The notes under the pieces are model-generated. The model made no database searches, was not told where the DNA came from, and worked only from the letters and a program-made list of their open reading frames with translations. From positions 37,820,001-37,884,000 of the forward strand of contig OZ024748.1 of NCBI GenBank assembly GCA_964016885.1: a DNA stretch of 64,000 bases. The letters run 5' to 3'. Position 1 is the first letter of the stretch. Each line of letters opens with the position of its first letter. The position numbers were made by a program, and so were the translations under genes. Below, piece after piece: positions 38,416-52,658 of this stretch. Origin of the DNA: Eledone cirrhosa. Lineage: Eukaryota.

Positions 38416-41400
38416 TACAGAATGTTGCGAAGGAGGTAAGTGTTGTGATTAAAAAGAAGGAAAAATATAAAGAATGTTGCGAAGGAGGAAAGTGTTGTGA
38501 TTAAAAAGAAGGATAAATATAAAGAATGTTGCGAAGGAGGTAATTGTTGCAATTAAAAAGAAAGACAAATATAAAGAATGTTGCGAAGGAGGTAAGAGTT
38601 GTGATTAAAAATAAGGAAAATATAAAGAATGTTGCGAAGGAGGTAAGAGTTGTGATTAAAAAGAAGGAAAAATATAAAGAAACTTACGAAGGAGGTAAGA
38701 GTTATGATTAAAAAGAAGGAAAAATATAAAGAATGTTGCGAAGGAGGTAGGAGTTGTGATTAAATAGAAGGGAAAATATAAAGAATGTTGCGAAAGAGGT
38801 AAGTATTGTGATTAAAAAGAAGGAAAAATATAAATAATGTTGCGAAGGAGGTAAGAGTTGTGATTAAAAAGAAGGAAAAATATAAAGAATGTTGCGAAGG
38901 AAGTAAGTGTTGTGATTAAAAAGAAGGAAAAATATAAAGAATGTTGCGAAGGAGGTAAGTGTTGTGATTAAAAAGAAGGAAAAATATAAAGAATGTTACG
39001 AAGGAGGTAAGTGTTGTGATTAAAAAGAAGGAAAAATATAAAGAAATTTACGAAGGAGATAAGAGGGTTGATTAAAAAGAAGGGAAAATATAAAGAAATT
39101 TACGAAGGAAGTAAGAGTGGTGATTAAAAAGAAGGAAAAATATAAAGAATATTGCGATGGAGGTAAGTGTTGTGTTTAAAAAAAAGGAAAAATATAAAGA
39201 TGTTGCAAATGAGGTAAGTGTTCTGATTAAAAAGAAGGAAAAATATAAAAAAATTTACGAAGGAGGTAAGTGTTGTGATTAAAAAGAAAGAAAAACATAA
39301 AGACTATTGCGAAGGAGGTAAGTGTTGTGTTTAAAAAGAAGGAAAAATATAAAGATATTGCGAAATCGGTAAGTATTGTGATAAAAAAAAGGAAAAATAT
39401 AAAGAATGTTGCGAATAAGGTCAGAGTGGTGATTAAAAAGAAGGAAAAATATAAAGAATGTTGCGAAGGAGGTAAGAGTGTTGATTAAAAAGAAGGAAAA
39501 ATATAAAGAATGTTGCGAAGGAGTTAAGTGTTGTGATTAAAAAGAAAGAAAAATATAAAGAATGTTACGATGGAGGTAAGAGTTGTGATTAAAAAGAAGG
39601 AAAAATATAAAGAATGTTGCGAAGGAGGCAAGTGTTGTGATTAAAAAGAAGGAAAAATATAAAGAATGTTACGAAAGAGGTAAGTGTTGTGATTAAAAAG
39701 AAGGAAAAATATAAAGAAATTTACGAAGGAGGTAAGAGTAGTGATTAAAAAGAAGGAAAACTATAAAGAATATTGCGAAAGAGGTAAGTGTTGTGATTAA
39801 AAAGAAGGAAAAATATAAAGAATGTTGCGAAGGAGGTAAGAGTGTTGATTAAAAAGAAGGAAAAATATAAAGAATGTTGCGAAGGAGGTAAGTGTTGTGA
39901 TTAAAAAGAGGGAAAAATATAAAGAATGTTAAGAAGGAGGTAAGAGTTGTGATTAAAAAGAAGGAAAAATATAAAGAATGTTGCGAAGGAGGTAAGTGTT
40001 GAGATTAAAAAGAAGGAAAAATATAAAGAATGTTGCGAAGGAGGTAAGAGTTGTGATTAAAAAGAAGGGAAAATATAAAGAATGTTGCGAAGGAGGTAAT
40101 TGTTGCAATTAAAAAGAAAGACAAATATAAAGAACGTTGTGACGGAGGAAAGTGTTGTGATTAAAAAGAAGGAAAAATATAAAGAATGTTGCGAAGGAGG
40201 TAAGAGTTGTGCTTAAAAAGAAGGAAAAATATAAAGAATGTTGCGAAGGAGGTAAGTGTTGTGATTAAAAATAAGGAAAAATATAAAGAATGTTGCGAAG
40301 GAGGTAAGAGTGTTGATTAAAAAGAAGGAAAAATATAAAGAATGTTGCGAAGGAAGTAAGTGTTGTGATTAAAAGGAAGGGAAAATATAAAGAATGTTGC
40401 GAAGGAGGTAAGTGTTGTGATTAAAAAGAAGGAAAATATAAAGAATGTTGCGAAGGAGGTCAGTGTTGTGATTAAAAGGAAGGGAAAATATACAGAATGT
40501 TGCGAAGGAGGTAAGTGTTGTGACTAAAAAGAAGGAAAAATATAAAGAATGTTGCGAAGGAGGAAAGTGTTGTGATTAAAAAGAAGGATAAATATAAAGA
40601 ATGTTGCGAAGAAGGTAATTGTTGCAATTAAACAGAAAGACAAATATAAAGAATGTTGCGAAGGAGGTAAGTGTTGTGATTAAAAAGAAGGAAAAATATA
40701 AAGAATGTTACGAAGGAGGTTAGAGTGGTGATTAAAAAGAAGGAAAAATATAAAGAATATTGCGAAGGAGGTAAGTGTGGTGTTTAAAAAGAAGGAAAAA
40801 TATAAAGAATGTTGCGTAAGAGGTAAGTCTTGTGATTAAAAAGAAGGAAAAGTATAAAGAATGTTACGAAGGAGGTAACAGTTGTGATTAAAGAGAAGGA
40901 AAAATATAAAAATTGTTGCGAAGGAGGTAAGTGTTGTGATTAAAAAGAAGGAAAAATATAAAGAATGTGGCGAAGGAGGTAAGTGTTGTGATTAAAAATA
41001 AGGAATAATATAAAGAATGTTGCGAAGGAGGTAAGAGTTGTGATTAAAAAGAAAGAATAATATAAAGAATGTTGCGAAGGAGGTAAGTGTTGTGATTAAA
41101 AAGAAGGAAAAATATAGAGAATGTTGCGAAGGAGGTAAGTGTTGTGATTAAAATGAAGGAAAATTATAAAGAATGTGGCGAAGGGGGTAAGAGTTGTGAT
41201 TAAAAAGAAAGAAAATTATTTAGAATGTTGCGAAGGAGGTAAGTGTTGTGAATAAAAAGAAGGAAAAATATAAAGAATGTTGCGAAGGAGGTAAGTGTTG
41301 TGATTAAAAAGAAGGGAAAATATAAAGAATGTTGCGAAGTAGGTAACAGTTGTGATTAAAAAGAAGGAAAAATATAAAAAATGTTGCGAAGGAGGTAAGT

Positions 41401-43581
41401 GTTGTGATTAAAAGAAGGAAAAATATAAAGGATGTTGCGAAGGAGGTAAGTGTTGTTATTAAAAGGAATGGAAAATATAAAGAATGTTGCGAAGGAGGTA
41501 AGAGTTGTGATTAAAAAGAAGGAAAAATATAAAAAATGTTGCGAAGGAGGTAAGTGTTGTTATTAAAAAGAAGGAAAAATATAAAGAATGTTGCGAAGGA
41601 GGTCAGTGTTGTGGTTAAAAGGAAAGGAAAATATAAAGAATGTTGCGAAGGAGGTAAGTGTTGTGATTAAAAAAAGGAAAAATATACAGAATGTTGCGAA
41701 GGAGGTAAGTGTTGTGATTAAAAAGAAGGAAAAATATAAAGAATGTTGCGAAGGAGGAAAGTGTTGTGATTAAAAAGAAGGATAAATATAAAGAATGTTG
41801 CGAAGGAGGTAATTGTTGCAATTAAAAAGAAAGAAAAATATAAAGAATGTTGCGAAGGAGGTAGGAGTTGTGATTAAATAGAAGGAAAAATATAAAGAAT
41901 ATTGCGATGGAGGTAAGTGTTGTGTTTAAAAAAAAGGAAAAATATAAAGATATTGCAAATGAGGTAAGTGTTGTGATTAAAAAGAAAGAAAAACATAAAG
42001 ACTATTGCGAAGGAGGTAAGTGTTGTGTTTAAAAAGAAGGAAAAATATGAAGATATTGCGAAATCGGTAAGTATTGTGATAAAAAAAAGGAAAAATATAA
42101 AGAATGTTGCGAATGAGGTCAGAGTGGTGATTAAAAAGAAGGAAAAATATAAAGAATGTTGCGAAGGAGGTAAGTGTGGTGTTTAAAAAGAAGGAAAAAT
42201 ATAAAGAATGTTGCGTAAGAGGTAAGTCTTGTGATTAAAAAGAAGGAAAAGTATAAAGAATGTTACGAAGGAGGTAACAGTTGTGATTAAAGAGAAGGAA
42301 AAATATAAAAATTGTTGCGAAGGAGGTAAGTGTTGTGATTAAAAAGAAGGAAAAATATAAAGAATGTTGCGAAGGAGGTAAGTGTTGTGATTAAAAATAA
42401 GGAATAATATAAAGAATGTTGCGAAGGAGGTAAGAGTTGTGATTAAAAAGAAAGAATAATATAAAGAATGTTGCGGAGGTAAGTGTTGTGATTAAAAAGA
42501 AGGAAAAATATAAAAAATGTTGCGAAGGAGGTAAGTGTTGTTATTAAAAAGAAGGAAAAATATAAAGAATGTTGCGAAGGAGGTCAGTGTTGTGGTTAAA
42601 AGGAAAGGAAAATATAAAGAATGTTGCGAAGGAGGTAAGTGTTGTGATTAAAAAAAGGAAAAATATACAGAATGTTGCGAAGGAGGTAAGTGTTGTGATT
42701 AAAAAGAAGGAAAAATATAAAGAATGTTGCGAAGGAGGAAAGTGTTGTGATTAAAAAGAAGGATAAATATAAAGAATGTTGCGAAGGAGGTAATTGTTGC
42801 AATTAAAAAGAAAGACAAATATAAAGAATGTTGCGAAGGAGGTAAGAGTTGTGATTAAAAATAAGGAAAATATAAAGAATGTTGCGAAGGAGGTAAGAGT
42901 TGTGATTAAAAAGAAGGAAAAATATAAAGAAACTTACGAAGGAGGTAAGAGTTATGATTAAAAAGAAGGAAAAATATAAAGAATGTTGCGAAGGAGGTAG
43001 GAGTTGTGATTAAATAGAAGGGAAAATATAAAGAATGTTGCGACAGAGGTAAGTATTGTGATTAAAAAGAAGGAAAAATATAAATAATGTTGCGAAGGAG
43101 GTAAGAGTTGTGATTAAAAAGAAGGAAAAATATAAAGAATGTTGCGAAGGAAGTAGGTGTTGTGATTAAAAAGAAGGAAAAATATAAAGAATGTTGCGAA
43201 GGAGGTAAGTGTTGTGATTAAAAAGAAGGAAAAATATAAAGAATGTTACGAAGGAGGTAAGTGTTGTGATTAAAAAGAAGGAAAAATATAAAGAAATTTA
43301 CGAAGGAGATAAGAGGGTTGATTAAAAAGAAGGGATAATATAAAGAAATTTACGAAGGAAGTAAGAGTGGTGATTAAAAAGAAGGAAAAATATAAAGAAT
43401 ATTGCGATGGAGGTAAGTGTTGTGTTTAAAAAAAAGGAAAAATATAAAGATGTTGCAAATGAGGTAAGTGTTCTGATTAAAAAGAAGGATAAATATAAAA
43501 AAATTTACGAAGGAGGTAAGTGTTGTGATTAAAAAGAAAGAAAAACATAAAGACTATTGCGAAGGAGGTAAGTGTTGTGTT

Positions 43582-46500
43582 TAAAAAGAAGGAAAAATAT
43601 AAAGATATTGCGAAATCGGTAAGTATTGTGATAAAAAAAAGGAAAAATATAAAGAATGTTGCGAATGAGGTCAGAGTGGTGATTAAAAAGAAGGAAAAAT
43701 ATAAAGAATGTTGCGAAGGATGTAAGAGTTGTGATTAAAAAGAAGGGAAAATATAAAGAATGTTGCGAAAGAGCTAAGTGTTGTGATTAAAAATAAGGAA
43801 AAATATAAAGAATGTTGCGAAGGAGGTAAGAGTGTTGATTAAAAAGAAGGAAAAATATAAAGAATGTTGCGAAGGAGTTAAGTGTTGTGATTAAAAAGAA
43901 AGAAAAATATAAAGAATGTTACGATGGAGGTAAGAGTTGTGATTAAAAAGAAGGAAAAATATAAAGAATGTTGCGAAGGAGGCAAGTGTTGTGATTAAAA
44001 AGAAGGAAAAATATAAAGAATGTTACGAAAGAGGTAAGTGTTGTGATTAAAAAGCAGGAAAAATATAAAGAAATTTACGAAGGAGGTAAGAGTAGTGATT
44101 AAAAAGAAGGAAAACTATAAAGAATATTGCGAAAGAGGTAAGTGTTGTGATTAAAAAGAAGGAAAAATATAAAGAATGTTGCGAAGGAGGTAAGAGTGTT
44201 GATTAAAAAGAAGGAAAAATATAAAGAATGTTGCGAAGGAGGTAAGTGTTGTGATTAAAAAGAGGGAAAAATATAAAGAATGTTAAGAAGGAGGTAAGAG
44301 TTGTGATTAAAAAGAAGGAAAAATATAAAGAATGTTGCGAAGGAGGTAAGTGTTGAGATTAAAAAGAAGGAAAAATATAAAGAATGTTGCGAAGGAGGTA
44401 AGAGTTGTGATTAAAAAGAAGGGAAAATATAAAGAATGTTGCGAAGGAGGTAATTGTTGCAATTAAAAAGAAAGACAAATATAAAGAACGTTGTGACGGA
44501 GGAAAGTGTTGTGATTAAAAAGAAGGAAAAATATAAAGAATGTTGCGAAGGAGGTAAGAGTTGTGATTAAAAAGAAGGAAAAATATAAAGAATGTTGCGA
44601 AGGAGGTAAGTGTTGTGATTAAAAATAAGGAAAAATATAAAGAATGTTGCGAAGGAGGTAAGAGTGTTGATTAAAAAGAAGGAAAAATATAAAGAATGTT
44701 GCGAAGGAAGTAAGTGTTGTGATTAAAAGGAAGGGAAAATATAAAGAATGTTGCGAAGGAGGTAAGTGTTGTGATTAAAAAGAAGGAAAATATAAAGTAT
44801 GTTGCGAAGGAGGTCAGTGTTGTGATTAAAAGGAAGGGAAAATATAAAGAATGTTGCGAAGGAGGTAAGTGTTGTGATTTAAAAAGAAGGAAAAATATAC
44901 AGAATGTTGCGAAGGAGGTAAGTGTTGTGACTAAAAAGAAGGAAAAATATAAAGAATGTTGCGAAGGAGGAAAGTGTTGTGATTAAAAAGAAGGATAAAT
45001 ATAAAGAATGTTGCGAAGAAGGTAATGGTTGCAATTAAACAGAAAGACAAATATAAAGAATGTTGCGAAGGAGGTAAGAGTTGTGATTAAAAAGAAGGAA
45101 AAATATAAAGAAACTTACGAAGGAGGTAAGAGTTGTGATTAAAAAGAAGTAAAAATATAAAGAATGTTGCGAAGGGGGTAAGTGTTGTGATTAAAAAGAA
45201 GGAAAAATATAAAGAATGTTACGAAGGAGGTTAGAGTGGTGATTAAAAAGAAGGAAAAATATAAAGAATATTGCGAAGGAGGTAAGTGTGGTGTTTAAAA
45301 AGAAGGAAAAATATAAAGAATGTTGCGTAAGAGGTAAGTCTTGTGATTAAAAAGAAGGAAAAGTATAAAGAATGTTACGAAGGAGGTAACAGTTGTGATT
45401 AAAGAGAAGGAAAAATATAAAAATTGTTGCGAAGGAGGTAAGTGTTGTGATTAAAAAGAAGGAAAAATATAAAGAATGTTGCGAAGGAGGTAAGTGTTGT
45501 GATTAAAAATAAGGAATAATATAAAGAATGTTGCGAAGGAGGTAAGAGTTGTGATTAAAAAGAAAGAATAATATAAAGAATGTTGCGAAGGAGGTAAGTG
45601 TTGTGATTAAAAAGAAGGAAAAATATAGAGAATGTTGCGAAGGAGGTAAGTGTTGTGATTAAAATGAAGGAAAATTATAAAGAATGTGGCGAAGGGGGTA
45701 AGAGTTGTGATTAAAAAGAAAGAAAATTATTTAGAATGTTGCGAAGGAGGTAAGTGTTGTGAATAAAAAGAAGGAAAAATATAAAGAATGTTGCGAAGGA
45801 GGTAAGTGTTGTGATTAAATAGAAGGGAAAATATAAAGAATGTTGCGAAGTAGGTAACAGTTGTGATTAAAAAGAAGGAAAAATATAAAGAATGTTGCGA
45901 AGGAGGTAAGTGTTGTGATTAAAAAGAGGGAAAAATATAAAGAATGTTAAGAAGGAGGTAAGAGTTGTGATTAAAAAGAAGGAAAAATATAAAGAATGTT
46001 GCGAAGGAGGTAAGTTTTGAGATTAAAAAGAAGGAAAAATATAAAGAATGTTGCGAAGGAGGTAAGAGTTGTGATTAAAAAGAAGGGAAAATATAAAGAA
46101 TGTTGCGAAGGAGGTAATTGTTGCAATTAAAAAGAAAGACAAATATAAAGAACGTTGTGACGGAGGAAAGTGTTGTGATTAAAAAGAAGGAAAAATATAA
46201 AGAATGTTGCGAAGGAGGTAAGAGTTGTGATTAAAAAGAAGGAAAAATATAAAGAATGTTGCGAAGGAGGTAAGTGTTGTGATTAAAAATAAGGAAAAAT
46301 ATAAAGAATGTTGCGAAGGAGGTAAGAGTGTTGATTAAAAAGAAGGAAAAATATAAAGAATGTTGCGAAGGAAGTAAGTGTTGTGATTAAAAGGAAGGGA
46401 AAATATAAAGAATGTTGCGAAGGAGGTAAGTGTTGTGATTAAAAAGAAGGAAAATATAAAGAATGTTGCGAAGGAGGTCAGTGTTGTGATTAAAAGGAAG

Positions 46501-49500
46501 GGAAAATATAAAGAATGTTGCGAAGGAGGTAAGTGTTGTGATTTAAAAAAAAGGAAAAATATACAGAATGTTGCGAAGGAGGTAAGTGTTGTGACTAAAA
46601 AGAAGGAAAAATATAAAGAATGTTGCGAAGGAGGAAAGTGTTGTGATTAAAAAGAAGGATAAATATAAAGAATGTTGCGAAGAAGGTAATTGTTGCAATT
46701 AAACAGAAAGACAAATATAAAGAATGTTGCGAAGGAGGTAAGAGTTGTGATTAAAAAGAAGGAAAAATATAAAGAAACTTACGAAGGAGGTAAGAGTTGT
46801 GATTAAAAAGAAGTAAAAATATAAAGAATGTTGCGAAGGAGGTAAGTGTTGTGATTAAAAAGAAGGAAAAATATAAAGAATATTGCGAAGGAGGTAAGTG
46901 TGGTGTTTAAAAAGAAGGAAAAATATAAAGAATGTTGCGTAAGAGGTAAGTCTTGTGATTAAAAAGAAGGAAAAGTATAAAGAATGTTACGAAGGAGGTA
47001 ACAGTTGTGATTAAAGAGAAGGAAAAATATAAAAATTGTTGCGAAGGAGGTAAGTGTTGTGATTAAAAAGAAGGAAAAATATAAAGAATGTTGCGAAGGA
47101 GGTAAGTGTTGTGATTAAAAATAAGGAATAATATAAAGAATGTTGCGAAGGAGGTAAGAGTTGTGATTAAAAAGAAAGAATAATATAAAGAATGTTGCGA
47201 AGGAGGTAAGTGTTGTGATTAAAAAGAAGGAAAAATATAAAAAATGTTGCGAAGGAGGTAAGTGTTGTTATTAAAAAGAAGGAAAAATATAAAGAATGTT
47301 GCGAAGGAGGTCAGTGTTGTGGTTAAAAGGAAAGGAAAATATAAAGAATGTTGCGAAGGAGGTAAGTGTTGTGATTAATAAAAGGAAAAATATACAGAAT
47401 GTTGCGAAGGAGGTAAGTGTTGTGATTAAAAAGAAGGAAAAATATAAAGAATGTTGCGAAGGAGGAAAGTGTTGTGATTAAAAAGAAGGATAAATATAAA
47501 GAATGTTGCGAAGGAGGTAATTGTTGCAATTAAAAAGAAAGACAAATATAAAGAATGTTGCGAAGGAGGTAAGAGTTGTGATTAAAAATAAGGAAAATAT
47601 AAAGAATGTTGCGAAGGAGGTAAGAGTTGTGATTAAAAAGAAGGAAAAATATAAAGAAACTTACGAAGGAGGTAAGAGTTATGATTAAAAAGAAGGAAAA
47701 ATATAAAGAATGTTGCGAAGGAGGTAGGAGTTGTGATTAAATAGAAGGGAAAATATAAAGAATGTTGCGACAGAGGTAAGTATTGTGATTAAAAAGAAGG
47801 AAAAATATAAATAATGTTGCGAAGGAGGTAAGAGTTGTGATTAAAAAGAAGGAAAAATATAAAGAATGTTGCGAAGGAAGTAAGTGTTGTGATTAAAAAG
47901 AAGGAAAAATATAAAGAATGTTGCGAAGGAGGTAAGTGTTGTGATTAAAAAGAAGGAAAAATATAAAGAATGTTACGAAGGAGGTAAGTGTTGTGATTAA
48001 AAAGAAGGAAAAATATAAAGATATTGCGAAATCGGTAAGTATTGTGATAAAAAAAAGGAAAAATATAAAGAATGTTGCGAATGAGGTCAGAGTGGTGATT
48101 AAAAAGAAGGAAAAATATAAAGAATGTTGCGAAGGATGTAAGAGTTGTGATTAAAAAGAAGGGAAAATATAAAGAATGTTGCGAAAGAGCTAAGTGTTGT
48201 GATTAAAAATAAGGAAAAATATAAAGAATGTTGCGAAGGAGGTAAGAGTGTTGATTAAAAAGAAGGAAAAATATAAAGAATGTTGCGAAGGAGTTAAGTG
48301 TTGTGATTAAAAAGAAAGAAAAATATAAAGAATGTTACGATGGAGGTAAGAGTTGTGATTAAAAAGAAGGAAAAATATAAAGAATGTTGCGAAGGAGGCA
48401 AGTGTTGTGATTAAAAAGAAGGAAAAATATAAAGAATGTTACGAAAGAGGTAAGTGTTGTGATTAAAAAGAAGGAAAAATATAAAGAAATTTACGAAGGA
48501 GGTAAGAGTAGTGATTAAAAAGAAGGAAAACTATAAAGAATATTGCGAAAGAGGTAAGTGTTGTGATTAAAAAGAAGGAAAAATATAAAGAATGTTGCGA
48601 AGGAGGTAAGAGTGTTGATTAAAAAGAAGGAAAAATATAAAGAATGTTGCGAAGGAGGTAAGTGTTGTGATTAAAAAGAGGGAAAAATATAAAGAATGTT
48701 AAGAAGGAGGTAAGAGTTGTGATTAAAAAGAAGGAAAAATATAAAGAATGTTGCGAAGGAGGTAAGTGTTGAGATTAAAAAGAAGGAAAAATATAAAGAA
48801 TGTTGCGAAGGAGGTAAGAGTTGTGATTAAAAAGAAGGGAAAATATAAAGAATGTTGCGAAGGAGGTAATTGTTGCAATTAAAAAGAAAGACAAATATAA
48901 AGAACGTTGTGACGGAGGAAAGTGTTGTGATTAAAAAGAAGGAAAAATATAAAGAATGTTGCGAAGGAGGTAAGAGTTGTGATTAAAAAGAAGGAAAAAT
49001 ATAAAGAATGTTGCGAAGGAGGTAAGTGTTGTGATTAAAAATAAGGAAAAATATAAAGAATGTTGCGAAGGAGGTAAGAGTGTTGATTAAAAAGAAGGAA
49101 AAATATAAAGAATGTTGCGAAGGAAGTAAGTGTTGTGATTAAAAGGAAGGGAAAATATAAAGAATGTTGCGAAGGAGGTAAGTGTTGTGATTAAAAAGAA
49201 GGAAAATATAAAGTATGTTGCGAAGGAGGTCAGTGTTGTGATTAAAAGGTAGGGAAAATATAAAGAATGTTGCGAAGGAGGTAAGTGTTGTGATTTAAAA
49301 AGAAGGAAAAATATACAGAATGTTGCGAAGGAGGTAAGTGTTGTGACTAAAAAGAAGGAAAAATATAAAGAATGTTGCGAAGGAGGAAAGTGTTGTGATT
49401 AAAAAGAAGGATAAATATAAAGAATGTTGCGAAGAAGGTAATTGTTGCAATTAAACAGAAAGACAAATACAAAGAATGTTGCGAAGGAGGTAAGAGTTGT

Positions 49501-52500
49501 GATTAAAAAGAAGGAAAAATATAAAGAAACTTACGAAGGAGGTAAGAGTTGTGATTAAAAAGAAGTAAAAATATAAAGAATGTTGCGAAGGGGGTAAGTG
49601 TTGTGATTAAAAAGAAGGAAAAATATAAAGAATGTTACGAAGGAGGTTAGAGTGGTGATTAAAAAGAAGGAAAAATATAAAGAATATTGCGAAGGAGGTA
49701 AGTGTGGTGTTTAAAAAGAAGGAAAAATATAAAGAATGTTGCGTAAGAGGTAAGTCTTGTGATTAAAAAGAAGGAAAAGTATAAAGAATGTTACGAAGGA
49801 GGTAACAGTTGTGATTAAAGAGAAGGAAAAATATAAAAATTGTTGCGAAGGAGGTAAGTGTTGTGATTAAAAAGAAGGAAAAATATAAAGAATGTTGCGA
49901 AGGATGTAAGTGTTGTGATTAAAAATAAGGAATAATATAAAGAATGTTGCGAAGGAGGTAAGAGTTGTGATTAAAAAGAAAGAATAATATAAAGAATGTT
50001 GCGAAGGAGGTAAGTGTTGTGATTAAAAAGAAGGAAAAATATAGAGAATGTTGCGAAGGAGGTAAGTGTTGTGATTAAAATGAAGGAAAATTATAAAGAA
50101 TGTGGCGAAGGGGGTAAGAGTTGTGATTAAAAAGAAAGAAAATTATTTAGAATGTTGCGAAGGAGGTAAGTGTTGTGAATAAAAAGAAGGAAAAATATAA
50201 AGAATGTTGCGAAGGAGGTAAGTGTTGTGATTAAATAGAAGGGAAAATATAAAGAATGTTGCGAAGTAGGTAACAGTTGTGATTAAAAAGAAGGAAAAAT
50301 ATAAAGAATGTTGCGAAGGAGGTAAGTGTTGTGATTAAAAAGAGGGAAAAATATAAAGAATGTTAAGAAGGAGGTAAGAGTTGTGATTAAAAAGAAGGAA
50401 AAATATAAAGAATGTTGCGAAGGAGGTAAGTTTTGAGATTAAAAAGAAGGAAAAATATAAAGAATGTTGCGAAGGAGGTAAGAGTTGTGATTAAAAAGAA
50501 GGGAAAATATAAAGAATGTTGCGAAGGAGGTAATTGTTGCAATTAAAAAGAAAGACAAATATAAAGAACGTTGTGACGGAGGAAAGTGTTGTGATTAAAA
50601 AGAAGGAAAAATATAAAGAATGTTGCGAAGGAGGTAAGAGTTGTGATTAAAAAGAAGGAAAAATATAAAGAATGTTGCGAAGGAGGTAAGTGTTGTGATT
50701 AAAAATAAGGAAAAATATAAAGAATGTTGCGAAGGAGGTAAGAGTGTTGATTAAAAAGAAGGAAAAATATAAAGAATGTTGCGAAGGAAGTAAGTGTTGT
50801 GATTAAAAGGAAGGGAAAATATAAAGAATGTTGCGAAGGAGGTAAGTGTTGTGATTAAAAAGAAGGAAAATATAAAGAATGTTGCGAAGGAGGTCAGTGT
50901 TGTGATTAAAAGGAAGGGAAAATATAAAGAATGTTGCGAAGGAGGTAAGTGTTGTGATTTAAAAAAAAGGAAAAATATACAGAATGTTGCGAAGGAGGTA
51001 AGTGTTGTGACTAAAAAGAAGGAAAAATATAAAGAATGTTGCGAAGGAGGAAAGTGTTGTGATTAAAAAGAAGGATAAATATAAAGAATGTTGCGAAGAA
51101 GGTAATTGTTGCAATTAAACAGAAAGACAAATATAAAGAATGTTGCGAAGGAGGTAAGAGTTGTGATTAAAAAGAAGGAAAAATATAAAGAAACTTACGA
51201 AGGAGGTAAGAGTTGTGATTAAAAAGAAGTAAAAATATAAAGAATGTTGCGAAGGAGGTAAGTGTTGTGATTAAAAAGAAGGAAAAATATAAAGAATATT
51301 GCGAAGGAGGTAAGTGTGGTGTTTAAAAAGAAGGAAAAATATAAAGAATGTTGCGTAAGAGGTAAGTCTTGTGATTAAAAAGAAGGAAAAGTATAAAGAA
51401 TGTTACGAAGGAGGTAACAGTTGTGATTAAAGAGAAGGAAAAATATAAAAATTGTTGCGAAGGAGGTAAGTGTTGTGATTAAAAAGAAGGAAAAATATAA
51501 AGAATGTTGCGAAGGAGGTAAGTGTTGTGATTAAAAATAAGGAATAATATAAAGAATGTTGCGAAGGAGGTAAGAGTTGTGATTAAAAAGAAAGAATAAT
51601 ATAAAGAATGTTGCGAAGGAGGTAAGTGTTGTGATTAAAAAGAAGGAAAAATATAAAAAATGTTGCGAAGGAGGTAAGTGTTGTTATTAAAAAGAAGGAA
51701 AAATATAAAGAATGTTGCGAAGGAGGTCAGTGTTGTGGTTAAAAGGAAAGGAAAATATAAAGAATGTTGCGAAGGAGGTAAGTGTTGTGATTAATAAAAG
51801 GAAAAATATACAGAATGTTGCGAAGGAGGTAAGTGTTGTGATTAAAAAGAAGGAAAAATATAAAGAATGTTGCGAAGGAGGAAAGTGTTGTGATTAAAAA
51901 GAAGGATAAATATAAAGAATGTTGCGAAGGAGGTAATTGTTGCAATTAAAAAGAAAGACAAATATAAAGAATGTTGCGAAGGAGGTAAGAGTTGTGATTA
52001 AAAAGAAGGAAAAATATAAAGAAACTTACGAAGGAGGTAAGAGTTATGATTAAAAAGAAGGAAAAATATAAAGAATGTTGCGAAGGAGGTAGGAGTTGTG
52101 ATTAAATAGAAGGGAAAATATAAAGAATGTTGCGACAGAGGTAAGTATTGTGATTAAAAAGAAGGAAAAATATAAATAATGTTGCGAAGGAGGTAAGAGT
52201 TGTGATTAAAAAGAAGGAAAAATATAAAGAATGTTGCGAAGGAAGTAAGTGTTGTGATTAAAAAGAAGGAAAAATATAAAGAATGTTGCGAAGGAGGTAA
52301 GTGTTGTGATTAAAAAGAAGGAAAAATATAAAGAATGTTACGAAGGAGGTAAGTGTTGTGATTAAAAAGAAGGAAAAATATAAAGATATTGCGAAATCGG
52401 TAAGTATTGTGATAAAAAAAAGGAAAAATATAAAGAATGTTGCGAATGAGGTCAGAGTGGTGATTAAAAAGAAGGAAAAATATAAAGAATGTTGCGAAGG

Positions 52501-52658
52501 ATGTAAGAGTTGTGATTAAAAAGAAGGGAAAATATAAAGAATGTTGCGAAAGAGCTAAGTGTTGTGATTAAAAATAAGGAAAAATATAAAGAATGTTGCG
52601 AAGGAGGTAAGAGTGTTGATTAAAAAGAAGGAAAAATATAAAGAATGTTGCGAAGGAG
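43582..52658 (+). repeat. 85-monomer tandem duplication, 4416 bp; the second copy lacks one 51-bp monomer, followed by the start of a third copy
   Basis: The C of aaatcggt is at 43617/48033/52398 (offsets 4416 and 4365). ORF pairs 46435/50851 and 47296/51712 are 4416 apart. The monomer gattaaaaataaggaaaatat at 47580 is missing at about 51996. Confidence 0.92.
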
